This document shows, piece after piece, positions 7,407 to 10,453 of a stretch of DNA of 10,453 nucleotides (the stretch's first letter is position 1; every line of letters begins with the position of its first letter). The DNA comes from Arcobacteraceae bacterium (lineage in GTDB: Bacteria; Campylobacterota; Campylobacteria; Campylobacterales; Arcobacteraceae): positions 1 through 10,453 of the forward strand of contig JBLWVX010000052.1 in NCBI GenBank assembly GCA_048268245.1. The letters are read 5' to 3'. Under the pieces are notes generated by a model. The model searched no databases, had not been told where the DNA came from, and worked only from the letters and a program-made list of their open reading frames with translations. The position numbers and the translations under genes were made by a program.

Positions 7407-7433
7407 TTGTATTTAATTTTTTTAAGTTATAAT
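7407..7433 (+). promoter_or_regulatory. Candidate sigma70 promoter of the response regulator
   Basis: TTTAAGT-TATAAT (-10 at 7428-7433, gnTATAAT type) with upstream T-tracts and TTGTAT at 7407-7412 (15-bp spacer). Confidence 0.55.
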
Positions 7434-7465
7434 ATTGGATATACTTGCATAGAAGGCTCTCTAAG

Positions 7466-8170
7466 ATGGAAGATAATACAAAGAAATATCATGAAATTTT
7501 AAAGAAATTATGTATTTTATACATAGAAGATGAAGAAAACATTAGAAAAAACATGAAGAAAGTACTTCTTTTATTATCTAATACTGTTTATGACGTATCA
7601 GATATTAAAAATGCAAAAAAAATTCTTGAAGAAAATAGAATTGATATTATAATTTCTGATATAAATCTTCCTGAAGAAAATGGTCTTGACTTTATAGAAA
7701 ACCTTAGACAAATTGACAAAAAAATTCCAGTAATACTTCTTAGTGCCTATACTGAAACAGACTACCTTTTAAAAGCTACTAAGTTAAAACTTATTGACTA
7801 TCTTACAAAACCTGTTGATTTTGAAACTTTAAATAATGCTTTATTAAAGTGTGCTGAAGATATATATGAAAATGGTATGTTTATAATTAACTTTGAAAAT
7901 GGTATTGAATATAATGTATTAAATAAAGAATTAAAAGACATAGATAAAAAAGAGATAAAACTAACATCAAAAGAGCTTTTAATGTTAGATTATTTAATAA
8001 AAAATAATTTAAGAGTTGTATCACATGAAGAACTAAAAACAAACATTTGGGAAGATTGTTTTGATGCGACAGAGTCTGCATTAAAGAACCTTCTAAACAA
8101 ACTTAGGAAAAAAATTGGGAAAGAATCTATTTCTAATATTTCAGGAGTAGGATACAAGCTAAATATTTAA
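7466..8170 (+). CDS. OmpR/PhoB-family DNA-binding response regulator (234 aa)
   Basis: Receiver domain: LYIEDE, phosphoacceptor ISDINLP, LLSAY, YLTKP. Winged helix: LTSKE..LDYL...VVSHEEL...IW...ALKNLLNKLRKKIG...NISGVGYKL. ATG 7466 with RBS AGAAGG (7451-7456) is preferred over TTG 7445. Confidence 0.95.
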   Translation: MEDNTKKYHEILKKLCILYIEDEENIRKNMKKVLLLLSNTVYDVSDIKNAKKILEENRIDIIISDINLPEENGLDFIENLRQIDKKIPVILLSAYTETDYLLKATKLKLIDYLTKPVDFETLNNALLKCAEDIYENGMFIINFENGIEYNVLNKELKDIDKKEIKLTSKELLMLDYLIKNNLRVVSHEELKTNIWEDCFDATESALKNLLNKLRKKIGKESISNISGVGYKLNI

Positions 8171-8240
8171 TATAATTTTTAATACTTGTTTTATTTAGTT
8201 TTTATTACAATGGACTATAGCTATAAATAAAGAGTCCAAA

Positions 8241-10295
8241 ATGAATAAAATTTTCTTAATTCTAATCTTTCTCCATTTAAGTTTACTCGCAAAAGATACA
8301 AATATAATTGAATTTATCAATAATAACTCAGATGTAATGCTTTTAATAAACCCTTCCAATGGTAAAATTGTTAAAGCAAATCAAAGTGCAAGTGACTTTT
8401 ATGGATACTCTTTATTTGAACTGCAAAAAATGAACATAAAACAAATAAATACTTTTACAAAAGAACAGATAAATAAAGAAATGTTCTTAGCAAAAAATGA
8501 AAATAGGAACTATTTTATATTTACTCATAAACTATCATCAGGTGAAATTTTAAAAGTTGTAGTTCATGCTTATCCTATAACATATCAAAATAAAAAACTT
8601 CTTTTTTCTATTATTCATAAACAATCTCAAGCTCAAACAGTAGAAGAATTTAACAAAAGACTTGAAGAACAAGTAAAAATGCAAACTAAGGAACTTGAAA
8701 GAAGTAAAAATAATATTACAGAAATATTTACAATCTCAACAATTATTTTTTTACTTGGGATTTCATATTTGTTTTATCTTTTAAAACAAAGAGATAATTT
8801 ATCAAAAGGTATGATAAATAAAAATGCCCAATTAAAAGAACTTAATGAAAGATTCGAACTAGCTATGAATAGTAGTAAGGATGGGCTATGGGATTGGAAT
8901 CCAAAAACTAATGAAGTTTATTTCTCTAGTACTTGGAAAAAAATGTTAGGTTATGAAGATCATGAAATAAAAGGTTCTGTTGAAGAATGGGAAAAAAGAA
9001 TTCATCCTGATGATAAAGAAAAAGCCTTTGATGATGTAAAAAAGCACCTTGAAGGAAAAACACAATTTTATGAGAATATCCATAGAGTTCAACACAAAGA
9101 AGGTCACTGGATATGGATTTATGATAGAGGAAAAGCAATCTTTGATGAGAACAACAATCCAACTAGAGTTATTGGCTTTCATACAGATTTAACTTCTCAA
9201 AAGAATATAGAGAAAAAAATAGAAAATCAAAAAGAAGAGTTTAAAGCAATATTTGAAAACTCAATGGATGGTATTGCTATTTTAGATTTAGATACAAACT
9301 TCCTAAATTTCAATAATGCATATTTAAAAATTACAAACTTTACAAAAGAAGAACTACTTAAAAAATCATGTTTTGAACTTACAATAGAAGAAGATAAAGA
9401 AAAAGTAAAAAAAGCTTTAAGTACTGTAATGAAAAAAGGACATGTAGAAAACCTAGTAAAAAACTGTATTGTGAAAGATGAATCTTTAATAACTGTTAAT
9501 ATAAGTATAACTTTAATGCCAGATAAGAAACGTCTTTTAATAAGTATGAGAGATATAAGTAAACAAAAATTGGTTGAAACACAATCAAAATTAATCTCAA
9601 TGGGAGAAATGATAGGTAATATTGCTCATCAATGGAGACAACCACTTACAGTAATATCAACTATTGCTAGTTCACTTGTTCTTAAAAAAGAGTTTGGAAT
9701 TCTAGAGGAAAATGACATTAAAGATAGTGCAGAATCAATTGTAGAACAAACTAGATATTTATCTCATACTATTGATGATTTTAGAACATTTATCAAGAAT
9801 TCCCCATCAAAAGAAAATATCAGCTTAATAAAAACATTGGAAAAAACCATTTCTCTTGTAAGTCCAAGTTTAAAAAACAATTATATTAAACTTATTACAC
9901 AATTAGATGATGACATAACTATTAATGGATATGAAAATCAACTAGTTCAAGCATTTATCAACATCATAAACAACTCAAAAGATGCTTTAAAAGAAAATAT
10001 ACCAGAAGATGAAGGCAAATTAATACTGTTACAAACAAAAAAAGTTAAAAAGCAATTAGTCATAACTATAAAAGATAATGCAGGAGGCATACCACAAGAT
10101 ATACTTCCAAGAATATTTGAACCCTACTTTACTACAAAACACCAGAGTGTAGGAACAGGAATAGGTCTATCTTTAGCAAATGATATTTTAGTAAAACACC
10201 ATAAAGCTAGATTAAAAGTAAAAAATGAAGAGTTTGAATTTGAAGAGAAAAAACAAAAAGGTGCCATATTTACAATTGAATTTAAAGAAATTTAG
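8241..10295 (+). CDS. Membrane-bound PAS-domain sensor histidine kinase (signal/TM - PAS - coiled coil - TM - PAS_3 - PAS - HisKA - HATPase)
   Basis: H-box MGEMIGNIAHQWRQPL (H463, codon 9627); N-box FINIINNSKDA; G1 IKDNAGGI; F/G2 IFEPYFTTK...GTGIGL; PAS_3 DGLWDWN...IHPDD...GHWIW; hydrophobic segments at aa 4-17 and 162-181. Confidence 0.96.
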   Translation: MNKIFLILIFLHLSLLAKDTNIIEFINNNSDVMLLINPSNGKIVKANQSASDFYGYSLFELQKMNIKQINTFTKEQINKEMFLAKNENRNYFIFTHKLSSGEILKVVVHAYPITYQNKKLLFSIIHKQSQAQTVEEFNKRLEEQVKMQTKELERSKNNITEIFTISTIIFLLGISYLFYLLKQRDNLSKGMINKNAQLKELNERFELAMNSSKDGLWDWNPKTNEVYFSSTWKKMLGYEDHEIKGSVEEWEKRIHPDDKEKAFDDVKKHLEGKTQFYENIHRVQHKEGHWIWIYDRGKAIFDENNNPTRVIGFHTDLTSQKNIEKKIENQKEEFKAIFENSMDGIAILDLDTNFLNFNNAYLKITNFTKEELLKKSCFELTIEEDKEKVKKALSTVMKKGHVENLVKNCIVKDESLITVNISITLMPDKKRLLISMRDISKQKLVETQSKLISMGEMIGNIAHQWRQPLTVISTIASSLVLKKEFGILEENDIKDSAESIVEQTRYLSHTIDDFRTFIKNSPSKENISLIKTLEKTISLVSPSLKNNYIKLITQLDDDITINGYENQLVQAFINIINNSKDALKENIPEDEGKLILLQTKKVKKQLVITIKDNAGGIPQDILPRIFEPYFTTKHQSVGTGIGLSLANDILVKHHKARLKVKNEEFEFEEKKQKGAIFTIEFKEI

Positions 10296-10344
10296 TTTTT
10301 ATAATTTTACTAATAAAATTGAAATTAAAATGTAACCTAATAAT

Positions 10345-10376
10345 TATAATATTTCTTAAACAAAATAAGGAAATTA
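10345..10376 (+). promoter_or_regulatory. Orphan -10 box and RBS of a downstream gene interrupted by the IS
   Basis: TATAAT at 10345-10350 and AAGGA at 10367-10371, followed by AATTA and then the putative IS end instead of a start codon. Confidence 0.5.
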
Positions 10377-10453
10377 GGTAGTGTAAAAATAACTGTGTAA
10401 ATTCAAAAAAGACAATTTATTAGATAGAATAAAAAACAACTATCTAGTAAATT
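10377..10453 (+). mobile_element. Probable terminal inverted repeat/left end of an IS256-family insertion sequence (partial)
   Basis: Begins GGTAGTGTAAAAATAACTGTGTAAATTCAAAAAAG, resembling IS256-family ends as I recall them (GG.AGTGT.....A...TGTGTAAA, e.g. IS905/IS1191). It is exactly 77 bp to the window edge, as expected for a multicopy repeat at a k=77 contig end. It contains an internal TTCAAA-17-TAGAAT promoter-like motif. No transposase is visible. Confidence 0.72.
10414..10453. repeat. 14-bp inverted repeat/hairpin inside the putative IS end
   Basis: AATTTATTAGATAG (10414-10427) and CTATCTAGTAAATT (10440-10453): 13 Watson-Crick pairs plus one U-G pair on the + strand, 12-nt loop. Confidence 0.8.

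Noticed and set aside
7445..7465. TTG start for the response regulator
   Set aside because: No RBS, and very close to the predicted TSS; ATG 7466 has AGAAGG upstream.
7887..9182. Minus-strand ORFs 7887-8081, 8926-9162 and 8946-9182
   Set aside because: Antisense shadows within the regulator and kinase genes.
10303..10320. AATTTTA-CTAA-TAAAATT hairpin after the kinase as a terminator
   Set aside because: All-AT 7-bp stem with no U-tract; too weak.

Overview
Very AT-rich bacterial DNA that looks like Campylobacterota, most likely Arcobacteraceae (inferred from AAGGA-type RBSs, gnTATAAT promoters and the HQWRQP kinase H-box). The minus strand carries a Lap/Bap-like type I secretion locus: a TolC-family outer-membrane protein with a C-terminal DamX-like SPOR domain (7284-5476), an ABC permease/ATPase (5458-3296), a HlyD adaptor (3296-1764), a 61-aa microprotein resembling an isolated T1SS-substrate C-terminal domain (1656-1471), and the 5' part of a Calx-beta repeat adhesin. 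The adhesin runs from 1441 off the left edge and is missed by the ORF track. It has an atypical N-terminal domain and a LapG-type AAAG motif. Divergently, the plus strand encodes an OmpR-family response regulator and a PAS-PAS-PAS histidine kinase whose first PAS domain is predicted to be periplasmic. The last 77 bp look like the end of an IS256-family element inserted right after an orphan promoter and RBS. The first 77 bp are an exact copy of 586-662. The window is therefore probably a k=77 assembly contig broken at repeats on both ends. Best leads: the TolC-SPOR fusion, the stand-alone secretion-signal-like microprotein, the non-canonical retention module and the exported PAS domain.
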